Assembly: GCF_006345805.1 (NCBI RefSeq)
Contig: NC_043015.1
Location: forward strand, 39,494,001-39,558,000
Direction: 5' to 3'
From: Octopus sinensis
Lineage: Eukaryota
Length of the DNA: 64,000 nucleotides
The notes under the pieces are model-generated. The model was not told the DNA's origin. It ran no database searches and worked only from the letters and a program-made list of their open reading frames with translations. How positions within the stretch are numbered: the first letter of the stretch is position 1; every line of letters starts with the position of its first letter. Made by a program: the position numbers and the translations under genes. Shown here one piece after another: positions 46,896 through 60,774 of the stretch.

Positions 46896-46962
<67 letters not shown>

Positions 46963-46963
46963 T

Positions 46964-46994
<31 letters not shown>

Positions 46995-47581
46995 GTATAT
47001 ATGTTGTCTTGCTGAACATTGTTATATATGAAGGGTGGGGTTATGTATGATACATCTCACAACCGATAAACCACTTCCTTTACAATTTCTCCTAACACCA
47101 CCACCACCACCACCACCACCACCACCATCACCATCGCCACCATCACCACCGCCACCATCATCATCGCCCTTTACTCTGTTATGGAATGTGACACTGTACT
47201 TCTATACATTATTCGAAATGTCATTTTTACTTATTTATCAGCGTCTAAGATAGTTTACTCGGCTATTTAATAGGCTAACATGCAACACAGGATTAGATCT
47301 TGCTGCTCTCACACCACACTCCATCTTTCACCACCATCCCCCCTCTCACTCTGCCTCTCTCTCTCCTTCTCTCTCTCTCTCTCTCTCTCTCTTACATATT
47401 TGGGTCAAAATTCTTTCATAGAAATTTACTGACAAAAACACCTCTTATTATGTCTATCAGCATAACTAGTATAACCGTAACCTGCTATTACTAGTGTTGC
47501 TGCTATTATTAACTATAATTAACCCTAACTATATCCTTATTTGTAATTATCATTATTATTATTATTACTATTTTCTTTATC

Positions 47582-47639
<58 letters not shown>

Positions 47640-47883
47640 ATTATAATTATTATTATTACTTTTAAGGCAGAATCATTTGCATGCAGGCGAAATGCTTAGC
47701 GATATTTCGTCTGCTACTATGTTCTGAGTTTAAATTTTACCAAGGTCTACTTTGCCTTTCATCCTTTCGGGGTTGGTAAAATAAGTACCAGTTACACACT
47801 GGGGTCAATGTAATCGACTAGTCCCCTCCCCCAAAATTTCAGGCTTTGTGCCTATAGTAGAAAGGATTATTATTTTTATCATT

Positions 47884-47932
<49 letters not shown>

Positions 47933-47959
47933 ATATCATCATTATCATTATTATTATTA

Positions 47960-47992
<33 letters not shown>

Positions 47993-48382
47993 CATCATCA
48001 TCATCATCATCAGTTTTTCTTCTTTCAATTTTGTTTCATCGCCAAGAGTCTTCCTGACACTCGGGGACAAAGAAATTCACTGTTATACATTGACAGGCCA
48101 TTAAAATAAACACTCCAGATTTGTTCATTTGCAAAACCAAATAAAGTTATGCAGAAAAAAAGAAATGATTTACATTATTTCCCACAGTGACAAAGCACTT
48201 CCCAATACGAATGACATACCAGTTAGAACGGTAGATGGACAGGACACCGAATGTACTTTTGTTGAAGGACAAGAAATCAAAGCCAAGAAGCCAACTGGAC
48301 ACAATGCTGAATGGACGTAAGGCTGAACGGACAAGATATCGAAAAGACATGCGAAATTAAAATATATGATAATCATTTTATT

Positions 48383-48744
48383 CAGGGCTGGATTAAGACC
48401 CAAAGAGGCCCTAAGCGTTTAAAAAGATTTTGGTGCCCCCATATATATACATAAAATACATTTTTATTTTTCAAAATGAAGCAAAACTAAAAATAATGTT
48501 TATTTTTGAATACTTCCATTTTATTTATATTTAATCTTTTGCTCTTTTACTTGTTTCAGTCATTTGACTGTGGCCATGCTGGAGCATGGCCTTTTGTCGA
48601 ACAAATTGACCCCAGAACTTATTCTTTGTAAGCCTAGTACTTACTCTATCGGTAATTTTTTTTGCCGAACCCTAAGTTACGGGTACGTAAACACACCACC
48701 ATCAGTTGTCAAGCGATGGTGGGGGGACAAACACAGACACACAA

Positions 48745-48793
<49 letters not shown>

Positions 48794-49168
48794 CATATAC
48801 ACAATGAGCTTCTTTCAGTTTCCGTCTACCAAATCCACTCACAAGGCTTTAGTCAGCCCGAGGCTATAGTAGAAGACAGTTGCCCAAGGTGCCATGCAGT
48901 GAGAATGAACCTGGAACCATGTGGTTGGTAAGCAAGCTACTTACCACACAGCCACTCCTGTGCCTATATTTGAAAAGCTTTCTCTTACTTTTTTTTTAAT
49001 TGCAAAGTCTTTGATCAGGTCCTCACCATGAACACTTTGAAATTATATTTCAGGAAGATTAAAGTAATTTCTTTTGCACTGTAAACCATCTACCATTTCT
49101 GTGGTGCCCTCACTTTCCTTGGTGCCCTAAGCACATGCTTATTTTGCTTAATGAATAATCCAGCACTG
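48383..49168. mobile_element. hAT-like MITE with perfect 8-bp TSD
   Basis: ATTTTATT|CAGGGCTGGATTA ... TAATCCAGCACTG|ATTTTATT. Confidence 0.82.
48543..48964 (-). mobile_element. SINE family A copy nested in a hAT-like MITE
   Basis: Matches the 61184 element. Confidence 0.85.
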
Positions 49169-49599
49169 ATTTTATTCCTACAAAATGACCATTTGACAGA
49201 CTAAAATGGTCATTAAACTATGAAGACAGGAATGGGGTTTTTTTATTATTGTGTCCATTCAGCTTCATGTCCGTTCAGCATTGTGTCTGTTGGGTTTCTT
49301 GGTTTTGGCTTCTTGACCTTCGGCAAAAGTGCATTTGGCATCCTGTCCACGCACAGTCAAGACAATCTTTTGCACTTCTTACAGGAATGGTAAGCTAGGG
49401 ATCAATTCCTTTTTTGGTCATTCCTAGTGCTCCCACAATCACTGGTATTGTAACTACTCTGAGATGGCACTCCACTGAGGTCACCTTTGCTTTTCATCCT
49501 TTCAGGGGGGATGAAATTTACACTGGGGGTGATGTAATCAACTAGCCTCTTCCAACCAGCTTCAGGCCTTATTATTATCATTATTATCATTATTATTAC

Positions 49600-49680
<81 letters not shown>

Positions 49681-49724
49681 CATTATTATTACCATTATTA
49701 TTATCATTATTATTATCATTATTA

Positions 49725-49758
<34 letters not shown>

Positions 49759-49780
49759 CGTTATTATCATCATGATCATT

Positions 49781-49851
<71 letters not shown>

Positions 49852-49907
49852 TATTATTATTATCATCATCATTATTATTATTGTTCTTATTATTATCATT
49901 ATTATTA

Positions 49908-49949
<42 letters not shown>

Positions 49950-50384
49950 TATTATTATTATTATTATTATTATTATCGTTATTATCATTATTAGAATGAT
50001 GGCCAAAATGCCTTGCATTATTTATGATCTGTGTTTGAATCCCACCAAGGCCAACTTTTGTCTTCCTTCCCTCTGGGGTTAACAAAATAATTTCAATGAA
50101 CCTCAGGGGTTGATGTACTCAGCTGACGCCCTCCCTTAAAGTTCTGGCTTTCAATTGACAGAAGCATCAGAGCATTGGTAAAAAGATGCCATATGTTATT
50201 TGTTTTGAGTCTTTACATCCTCACTTCATGTTCCCAGCTAAATAAACTCTGCATTTCACCTTTTTTGGGGTTGATAAAATAATATAACAGTCAAGTACTG
50301 GGGATGAGAATATCAATTAACCCCTCCTCTCAACATTGCTCCCCTTATGCCTCAATTAGAAGCAATTATTGTTATTAAATTGTT

Positions 50385-50635
50385 TATTATTTACATTATT
50401 TACATCATTTACAATTGACGGATATTTGTCCTCATCTTGTTTGTTGTTAACACAACGTTTCGGCTGATATACTCTTCAGCCTTCATCAGGTGTCTTGGAG
50501 GAAATCTCGAACCTGGATTCTCATTCCTAAAGTATTTTTCGATATTATTATTATTATTACTCATGTCACTGCCTGGAATCAAACACGGAATCTTGGGGTT
50601 AGTAGCCCGTGCTCTTAACCACTACGCCATATGCC
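50385..50635 (-). mobile_element. tRNA-headed, hammerhead-containing short retroelement
   Basis: A box TGGCGTAGTGG (50619-50629), B-box-like GTTTGATTCC (50575-50584), (TAA)n spacer, hammerhead, (TGTAAATAA)n tail. Confidence 0.6.
50449..50494 (-). ncRNA. Minimal type-I hammerhead ribozyme motif (Penelope-like terminus)
   Basis: GACAC-CTGATGA-A-GGCTGA(agagtata)TCAGCC-GAAA-CG-TT-GTGTT: stem I GACAC/GTGTT, perfect 6-bp stem II, palindromic AACGTT in place of stem III. Confidence 0.7.
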
Positions 50636-50680
50636 ATGGGCATATGGCGTAGTGGTTTGATTCCAGGCAGTGACTTGAAT

Positions 50681-50713
<33 letters not shown>

Positions 50714-50955
50714 AATAATAATAATAACAATATGACTACCCATCATGACTGATAAGGGTACACCAGGCACATGAATCACAACCATATGTATGCAGCATGG
50801 TGATCTCATATCAGGATAAACAGCACATGACCTTGCAGGTGGGGCCCAGTCAGAGTTTTTTTCAGGCTGATTAGCCCATCCTGCTAAAAAGGTCCCTGAA
50901 TAAATATGCCATGGGCATATGGCGTAGTGGTTTGATTCCAGGCAGTGACTTGAAT

Positions 50956-51006
<51 letters not shown>

Positions 51007-51196
51007 AATAATAATAATAACAATATGACTACCCATCATGTCTGATAAGGGTACACCAGGCACATGAATCACAACCATATGTATGCAGCATGGTGATCTC
51101 ATATCAGGATAAACAGCACATGACCTTGCAGGTGGGGCCCAGTCAGAGTTTTTTTCAGGCTGATTAGCCCATCCTGCTAAAAAGGTCCCTGAATAA
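50629..51196. repeat. Tandem duplication (275 + 293 bp)
   Basis: Units start ATATGCCATGGG at 50629 and 50904 and differ mainly by six AAC triplets. Confidence 0.92.
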
Positions 51197-52861
51197 AGTT
51201 TGTTTAAGGATGATGAACAAAACTCCCATGTTTCCAGAGGTGAATTATCCAAACCTCAAAGAATTCCTCTCAATACAAGGCTATGATGCTCCCCAACTAC
51301 TTCTGGTCGTGACCAGAGATGCACATATCATCAGCCACTAAGGGACATGCTCAACTGGTTAAGGCCAAACAACTGACAAGCAATTCTGTGGTACTGAACA
51401 GAATATTTACTGCAGCCCATCTTTTATACCAAGACAAAACAATGTACATGATAACACTTCCAATCAGTTAAGATCAGAAGCCATGAGAGCCACTGCCTGG
51501 TACTGCATCAGGGCATTTATTATTATTATATTATTTATTATTATTATATTATTATTATATTATATTAAGTACCAGTGAAACACTGGGGTTGATGTAATCA
51601 ACTGGTCCCCTTCCCAAAATCTCAGGCTTTGTGCCTATAGTAGAGTGGATTATCATTATTATTTGCAAGTCCCAGTTGAATGGTTTTTACCTTTTGTTGT
51701 ATTTCTTGAAATCCTTGTGACTAATAAGAGATTATTATTATTGCTATTGTTGTTGTTGTTTAGCAGACCCATTCCAATCATGACCAACCAGCCATTTTGC
51801 AAGGAAATCACAATGATTTTTACCAGTATGAACTGTTTTAAGAGAACTGTGTGTGATTTAGATGACACTTGGCTGCTATTTCTTGCAGGTCATTGCTACA
51901 CAAGCTTCCTTGTTGTTGTTGTTGTTATTGATTTATTCTTGTTGTTATTTAATCCCAAGTTATCCTTCATCAAGTAAACCTTTGATGAAAGACGTTCTAG
52001 CCATGACAATCCATTCTAACTAAATGCATCTGTGTGATTTCAGGGAATTCGGTTACTAGTTCTTAGTCACAGGAGCAATCGCGGTCAATAACCTTTGCTG
52101 TTGGGGGTGGCGGTGGTGTTTGTGGTGGTGGGTGTTTAGGTTGTTTGTGAAAAACATTCCAACTGAAATTGAAGTATTTTGACTAAAACCAGCGAGAGGA
52201 GGAGAGGGTGGAGGAGAAAGAAAACGATTGATAACAGATTAATAGATGAAGAGATTAACATTCCAATGGATCAACACACTTCTGACTCCAAGTGGCAGAA
52301 TAGCAGAATAGAAGAATAACACTGAGAACACTGACAGAATGGCAGAATGATAGAATGACAAAACGAAAGAATACTCAAAGGAGGGAGTTGTAGAATCATA
52401 GAATAATAGAATAACAGAACAGCAATGTAACGGAATAAGATGACAATACATAAAAGAATAATAAGATGACAGAATGACAAAATGATACACTTTTGTGATA
52501 AAGGAATAGTAAAAGAGCAGAATAAGAAAATAGCAGAATAACAGAATAACAGAATAACAGAATATAGAATGTAGAAGGCAGCTTTATCAGAGAAGAAAAC
52601 AAATTATAAATATGAAACGAATGGAGGGACACAAATCCTTCTTCATCTCATTATTAATAGTGTTGTCATTGCTGTTGTTGTCATCACTGCCACCAGTGCC
52701 ACCACTTCCACCACCACCATCACCACTACTTCTTCAGTTCCACCCCAATTGTTCCAACCCTCTCTTACAAAATGGAAGGGCCCATGTATCTCTGCTTCAG
52801 CATGAAACTGGTTCTGAACCCTTTTCTCTCACTTTCAGCCCTCGTCCCACAGCATAAGTCC

Positions 52862-52912
<51 letters not shown>

Positions 52913-53210
52913 TTCTCTTTCTCTCTCTTGTAGTATCATTCAGTCAAAAGGTGCAAGCTGCAAGGTGACCTCATTAGTGCTGGCGCCATGGAAACAAAGA
53001 ACCCAGTTAACTCCATAGAGTGGTCAGTGTTAGGAGGGGTGTCCAGCCATAGAAACCATAGCAAAGCAGAGACTGGAGCACAATGCAGTCCTTGGACACA
53101 CCAGATCCAATAAAACCTGTCAAACCATTCCAGGATGGAAGATGGACAATAAAAGATGATGAGGATGAAGATGATGATGATGGTGGTGGTGGTGGTGATG
53201 ACAATGATGA

Positions 53211-53244
<34 letters not shown>

Positions 53245-53435
53245 GATGGTTGTTATTTCTATATAGGTATATAAATAATATCAATTTGTATATGTATTTG
53301 AAAAAGAATGTGACATATTCCTCAATGGAATGAATATTGAACCATAGTTCACTTATTAACAAAACGAGTTCCGATGGAGATGGAAACAAATCCCTGAGAA
53401 TGTTATCCCACAATAATAACAAAAGTATCATTATA

Positions 53436-53960
53436 TTGCAGCGTGGAAGGTGTTTGTAAGCCATTTAAGAAACACACAAAAACCGTTAGATTCACTTCAA
53501 CATTTAAATTTAATTTGTCAAAGCGACGAAAATATTTTGGCAAATTAAATTTAAATGTTGAAGTGAATCTAACGGTTTTTGTGTGTTTCTTAAATGGCTT
53601 ATAAACACCTTCCACACTGCAATCGTTTTCGTTCCAGCACACGATCTCAGATCAGGTCACTTGCTATGCAAGTACATCTCCGTAATATTATTATATTGCA
53701 ATATGGAAATAGAGATGTTTAGCTTCAGCAATGGATTATTAAAATTCTCATACAATATCATATGAATTTTGTCGATGAACAGGTCACAGTTTCAAAGGAT
53801 GAAAATATTTTGACAAGTTAAATTTTATATGTTGAAGTGAATCTAACACTTTTTGCGTGTTTTTAAAATGGCTTATAAACAACTTCCATGCTGCAATTGT
53901 TTTTGTTTCAGCACATGATCTCAGATCAAGTCACTTGCTATGCAAGTACATCTTCATAAT
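53436..53960. repeat. Inverted plus tandem terminal-repeat arrangement (Penelope-like)
   Basis: 53436-53523 is inverted to 53539-53622; 53528-53690 is repeated directly at 53800-53960. Confidence 0.8.
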
Positions 53961-54464
53961 GGAACATATAGTTTTTGTTTATTCATATACTATTAAAGCC
54001 ACTTAAATGTACATCTTATATACTTGAGAACTAGAAAGAAACCTTAGTATCATTGCCCATACTCCCACAAATCTTCACATCAACATTCAGATTGGAGAAA
54101 AAATATTTAGTCTTTGCAAAATCAAAAATACATCTTGAAAAATATTTCTAAATGATGAACTATCAAGAGAGCCTTCATGTGGTCACAAGAGCAGCCAGAA
54201 ATAACAGCTAAATTGTCACAAAAAAACATCATATTCATCATCATCATCATCATTGTTTAACATTCATCTTCCATACATACATGGCTAGGATGGTTGAGAG
54301 GAGGTGGCCAGGTAGAAAAACTACCCTAGGCGACTGTCCATTTTGGTGGGGGTTTTACAGCAAGAAGCCCTTCCTAACAACAACCACTCGACAGAGTGGA
54401 CTCAGGGCTATTTACATGGCATTAGCACAAGTGAGGTTAGTTATTGTCTTATAAAAAGGATACA

Positions 54465-54960
54465 TCATCATCATCATCATCAAAGTTTAACGTCTGCCTT
54501 CCATGCTAGCATGGGTTGGACGATTTGACTGAAGACTGGCAAACCAGGAGGCTGCACCAGGCTCCAATCTGATTTGGCAGAGTTTCTACAGCTGGATGCC
54601 CTTCCTAATGCCAACCACACTGAGAGTGTAGTGGGTGCTTTTATGTGCCACTGGCATGAGGGCCAGTCAGGTGGCACTGGCAACGGCCACACTCAAATGG
54701 TGTTTTTTATGTGACACCTGCACAGGAGCCAGTCCAGCGGCACTAGCAATGACCTCACTTGAATGTTTATTTCATATGCCACAAGCCCAAGTGCTAGTAA
54801 GGTGATGTAGGTAACGATCACGCTTGAATGGTGCTTTTTACGTGCCACCAGCACGGAGGCCAGTTTGTTGCACTGGCAACGATCACACTCAGATGGTACA
54901 CTTAATGTTCCACTAGCACGGATGCCAGTCATCAAATTTGATTTCGAATTCAATTTCATT
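54465..54960 (-). mobile_element. RTE 3' UTR remnant (repeat C) with internal tandem ~55-bp units
   Basis: CACTACACTCTC..GTGGTTGGC.TTAGGAAGGGCATCCAG...CCATGCTAGCATGGAA...(GAT)n; other copies at 18360, 18770, 22355, 22945, 38660, 42185, 45885, 52975, 58045, 59310. Confidence 0.75.
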
Positions 54961-57479
54961 AGATTATATTTGATTTTAGACTGATGAGGACCTTTTTAAC
55001 TAAATTAACAGCTGGTGATGGAGAGAAAAATGTTCAAAGAGATTACGTCCTGGGTTACCAATATGAGTTAAAATTCACTGTAGATGTTCTCCAGTATTCT
55101 GGGGTATTAATCAATTGTATGCTAGCTCAGTTCACTTGGCTGTTGAAACTAGTTACCATCAAATTGGAAATAGTTAGAAATGAATAGAAATGTAGAATTT
55201 AACTGGAAATAAGTACAGATGTAATTTAATCTCAGAATAGTCTTTTAATAACTAATTAACATAGGGAACAGAGAAATTATTCTAATGGAAATGTTATCAT
55301 GTTTCATTAATAACATGATTACTTATTCTGTTGCTTTATCCTGGGTTAAATAACGACATGCCTAACGTGATATTATTCCAGGTTTAAATCTGAGACATTA
55401 CACATGATTATTTCAGTAATTGCTAATAAACAGATCCAAACAGAAACATTAATTTATAATGTTGATTTCAAATTTTGGCGCAAGGCCAGCAATTTCAAGG
55501 GAGGGTGTAAGTCAATTACATTAACCTCCAATACTCAACTGGTATTTATTTTATTGATCCCCAATGGACGAAAGGCAAAGTCAACCTTAGTGGCATTTGA
55601 ACTCAAAATTTTGGCACAAAGCCAGCAATTTCAAGGGAGGGTGTAAGTCAATTACATCAACCTCCAATGCTCAACTGGTATTCATTTTATCGATCCCCAA
55701 TGGACGAAAGGCAAAGTCGACCTTGGTGGTATTTGAACTCAAAATATAAAGGCAAATGAAATATCATTAAGTATTTTTCCCTGTGGGTTAATAATTCTGT
55801 CAGCTTGGCATCTGACTTCAATAAGTCCTATTGATAGATTCACAGATTCTGGAAGATCAATTTTCGGTTGAAGAATTTCTGTTGGTTTTAAATTACTTCA
55901 GTATTCGATGCAAGAAGTAAAAAGTTCCTGAATCAATACTTACCAAATTCTTAGATAAGTTCAATAAATTAGTTTTGTTTATCAAGGAATGGTCTAATAA
56001 CCAGAATAAGAATATAATTCCAAATTTAATGGAGTTTAGAGAGTTCAGACCAAACTCAGATTATATATTAAATTCTGTCTCTGTTGAGATAAGATATTCT
56101 TTTGGAAATTCAATACAGTCTTCAAGTGTCTTAGATTAAAAAGTTGCCTAAGATTTTGGCGGAGGCTTGTTTCCATGTTTCTTTTACCATTTTTAATGTT
56201 AAACTATAATATTTGGTGAAGTCATATTTTATTATGAGAACTGGCTGAAGGATAATATTTATGAGAATTGGGTGAAGAATATATATTTGTTATATCTTCA
56301 TGATATATTGAATCTTTATCAGGTTAGTACACCCAGACATATTTATAGCAATTTGCTGAATCATCCAGATTGCTTTAGTTTCAAGGAGCCACACACACAC
56401 ACATGCACACATGCACACATGCATGCACACACACACATACATGCACACTGACATGCACACTGACATGCACACACATGCACACATATGCATACACACACAT
56501 TCACACATGCATGCACGCACACACATGCACACATATGTGCACACATAGGAGCACACACATACACATGCATGCACACACATTCATGCAGACACACACACAC
56601 ACACATGCACCCCCCCCACACACACATGCACAGACACACACACACACATACACACACACATACACATTTACTTCTCTCTCTGTCTGAAATAAAACTTTCA
56701 GTGGATCTGCTGACCAAAGTCTGAAGTAAACATTCTGAGAATCACCAACAAACCTTATGCCATATATTTGACTTACTAGAAATAGCAGCTAAATCTCCTT
56801 AAAATCACAAGATATGGTTATATATATAAAAAAAGGGGGTAAGTTGGATAATATTGCTCAAGATACATTGTGGCTGATGGGGGCGCAGGGATGAATAACA
56901 TATTTTTGTTCTTAATTAAGGTCAATCAGGACTGAATTGAGACAAAACAACTGTAACAACATTAAGAGTGGTGAATGGAGGTCAACCCAAGTAAGCAGTG
57001 GGAGCACTGTTTAATAAACGATGTTTAACGTGAAAGATGAAAGGTGAAAGGTTACTGACAAGTGGAGATTTTAGTTGCTGGAAAAGAGGCTGAGCTCATA
57101 GCCTCTGCAGGTTTTCCTACATTGGTGGGGGCTAGCGATTAAAGGGACCGGTTGAATGGGAGAAATTTCCAGAAATTGGAATTTAGAAAAGGAAAGATTA
57201 TGTAAAATATTCCATTATTTTCTGTTTTTTATTAACTCGACCTGAATGAAGACACAGTGCCCAGAGCTCTGAGAATGGTAAAATTGATGGTGATAATGTT
57301 CCACTTGAACTGCGGTTCCAAGAAAGACATGTGTAAGGAAGACATTTCAGAGAGATGACATTCTTGAGCAGGTGGAAGGACTGGGAAACTTGGTTAATGT
57401 AAACAGCAGCAATAGCAAGAACAACAATAAATGCATGTCATGTGATAAAGAACAAGGGGTCAAAGACACTCACTATATA

Positions 57480-58036
57480 TATCAAACCCGTATGCTCTGC
57501 TGGGTGCTCAATGTCAGTATATATGTGTGACAGAGTGCTAATTTTTTGAGGGAAAATTTGGGCTTAAGAGGAATTAGATGCTGTGTGTAAGAGAGAAGAA
57601 TGCACTGGTTTGGTCATGTGATGTGCATGGATGTAGACGGTTGCATACAGAAGTTCTGATCACTGAGAGTGGCTGGAACCTGTGGAAGAGAGAGATCCAG
57701 AAGGACATAGGATGAAGTATTGAAGGCTGATCACAAGACACTGAACCTTACGAAGGAGATGACTAGGGACCAAGATCTCTGGTGCATTGGTGTATTCGAG
57801 AAGATTCATCTGCCACAACAGAATTAGTGTTGGTGCTGGTGCCATGTTAAAAGCAACCAGTACACTCTGTGGAGTGGTTGGCGTTAGGAAGTGCATCTAG
57901 CTGTAGAATCTATACCAGAACAATGGAGCCTGGTGCAGCCCTTGGACTTACCAGCTCTGGTCAAACCAGCCAACCCATGCCAGTATGGAAAGCAGACATT
58001 AAATGATAATGATGATGATGATGATGATGATGATGA
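57480..58036 (+). mobile_element. RTE-clade LINE 3' end with (GAT)n tail
   Basis: RRMHWFGHV-type C-terminus running into the repeat-C 3' UTR and (GAT)n. Confidence 0.8.
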
Positions 58037-58520
58037 TATCTTTATTGTTTAATGTCCGTTATCCATGCTGGCATTGCTGGTATGGCTTGACTGAAGTCTA
58101 GAAAGCCAAGGGAATGCACCAGGCTCCAATCTGATCTGGCAATGTTTCTACAGCTGGATGCCCTTCCTAATGCCAACCACTCCGAGGGTGTAGTGGGTGC
58201 TTCTTACATGCCGCCAGCACAGGAGCCTGTCAGGCAGGCATGACATCGATCATGTTCAGATAGTGCTTTTTATGTGCCACCAGCATGGGAGCCAGTCAGG
58301 GGGTACTGGCATCGGCAACGTTTGCATGATGCTTTTTACATGCTACACACACACACACACACATATGTATGTATGTATATTACATCATATGTAAACAAAC
58401 ATAAGTTTGTTTTTGAAATGTTGGCTGGTTGCAGGCAAATTTTTCTGCTCTTAAACAGATTTTATCCTTTATATATACTGTTCAGTACTTACATGTTGAA
58501 AAAATATATCCTTCTACTTG

Positions 58521-58567
<47 letters not shown>

Positions 58568-58825
58568 TATATGATTTGGCTTCTTTGAGTTTCCATCTAC
58601 CAAATCCACTCACAAGGCTTTGGCTGGTCCATAGCTATAGTAGAAGACACTTGCCCAAGGTGCCACACAGTGGGACTGAACTTGGAACCATGTGGTTGGG
58701 AAGCAAGCTTCTTACTACACACCAACTATACATATAATATATTTGTTTACATGTGGAGAATGGACATTAACTGTTGATGATAATGACATATGATAATGTC
58801 CATAAATGATAATGTCCATAAATGG

Positions 58826-59175
58826 TGAAGGGTAAAGAACCCCCTTCAGTCATGACTGACTATGGGGTTGCACCTAGAAAGTTACCCTCCGAGGCACAAG
58901 TCTGGGCAACGTTGTTTATGGAAGACTAGCAGTCATTGCCCATGCATACCTGCTTCCTCTTTCCAGCCATCGATGTTACCCAAGGGAAAGGCAAAGGGGC
59001 CGATACAGCTTGGGACCAGAGACATCACAACTGATTTCCACAGCTGAGTGAACTGGAGCAATGTGAAATAAAGTGTCTTGCTCAAGAGCACAACACGCAG
59101 CCTGGTCTGGGAATCGAAATTACAATCTCACGATCGTAAGCTCGATACTCTCACCACTGTACCATGTGCCTTCAC
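58826..59175 (-). mobile_element. tRNA-headed SINE with CORE-like body (family E)
   Basis: CTTGAGCAAGACACTTTATTTCACATTGCTCCAG body; related pieces at 14610-14793(+), 8260-8545(-), 43420-43530(-). Confidence 0.62.
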
Positions 59176-60443
59176 AAATTTATACATACACATATATATA
59201 TATTTACACACTCAATAATACTATAAAAAGAGTCAAAATTCCTGCAAAAATTAATTCAATTTGAAGACTCCACTAGAATGGACGAAAGCGCTAATGTATG
59301 ATATATGATATCATCATCATCATCATTTAGTGTCCGTTTTCCATGCTAGCATGGGTTGGACGGTTCTACTGGGGTCTGTGAAGCCAGAAGGCTTCATCAG
59401 GCCCGACATATAAAATCATGTAATATACAAATAAATATCTGTAAATATAAAACCATCCAGATTTCTGAGTACCTCATTTCTTCTAATGTATAATACAGGT
59501 ACATCATCTCCAAACCTTCTAATATATATATTTACACACACACACACCACACATATATATATATATATAACTCAGATATATACATATATATTTATATATA
59601 TGACATATATATAACTTATCCCAACCATTTCTCTATCTCAGACACACATCACCCATTACAGTTGACATGACTCAGTCACACACACACTACACAGTGCATA
59701 CATATATACATACATATATATGATACATGTGTGTGTGTGCGCGTGTGTGTGTGTGTGTGTGTGTATACAGTGCAGTTGAATAGATTAGGGAATGAAACAA
59801 CAGTTGTGTTTGAAAAACAGGAATGTAAGATTAAGCTAAGGACAGTTTTATCTAATCCTCCGCAATTTGTCACCAGAGGGAGCTTTCTTGGTTCAGTCAT
59901 AAATAATTAAGATTTGGGTCAAAGACTTAAAATAATATTTCTCCCCTTCAGGTTATTATTGTCTTCTGCTCAACAATTATAGACACTCGTTTGACAGCGT
60001 TTTTGCTATTTTTATTTTTTTATATTATTAAACATAAATAAACAAGTAAATAAATCTATTACTATTAATATTGATTATCATCATCATAGTAGTCATCATC
60101 ATCATCATCATCATCATATTCATCACATCCTACCCCTCCTCCTCCTCCTTGTTATCATCACCATCATCATCATCATCATCGTCATCGTCGTCATCCCCAT
60201 CACCAACATCATCATCATTGTCGTCATCGTTGTTGTCATTGTTGTTGTGAACATCATCATCATCATCATCGTCGTCTTCATCATCATCATCATCATCATC
60301 ATCGTCGTCGTCGTCGTCGTCATCATCATCATCATCGTTGTCATTATCACCCTCATCATCATCATCATCATTGTCATCGTCGTCGTCGTCATCATCATCA
60401 TCATCATCATCATTGTCGTCATCATCATCATCATTATCACCAC

Positions 60444-60497
<54 letters not shown>

Positions 60498-60732
60498 TGT
60501 CGTGGTCGTAGTCGTCATCATCATAACAACCGTAGGATTGGCAGACTCATTAGAATGTCTTAGAAACTGCATCTTGATATTTGTTCCAATCTCTTTACAT
60601 TCTGTTCTGTTCAGACTCCTTTCAGGGTCATGTTTGCCTTCGTCCCTTTTGAAAGCAATAAAATAAAATACCAGTAAAATACTGGGTTTGATGGCATTGT
60701 GACTAAATTAGAAAATATTATTATTAATATTA

Positions 60733-60774
<42 letters not shown>

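Larger units (their letters stand above)
48229..49356. mobile_element. Outer DNA element with ~105-bp inverted termini
   Basis: 48229-48335 is the imperfect reverse complement of 49248-49356; short periodic subterminal repeats. Confidence 0.7.

Noticed and set aside
54981-54995. CTGATGAGGACC hammerhead-like start
   Set aside because: No matching stem II-GAAA-UH downstream.
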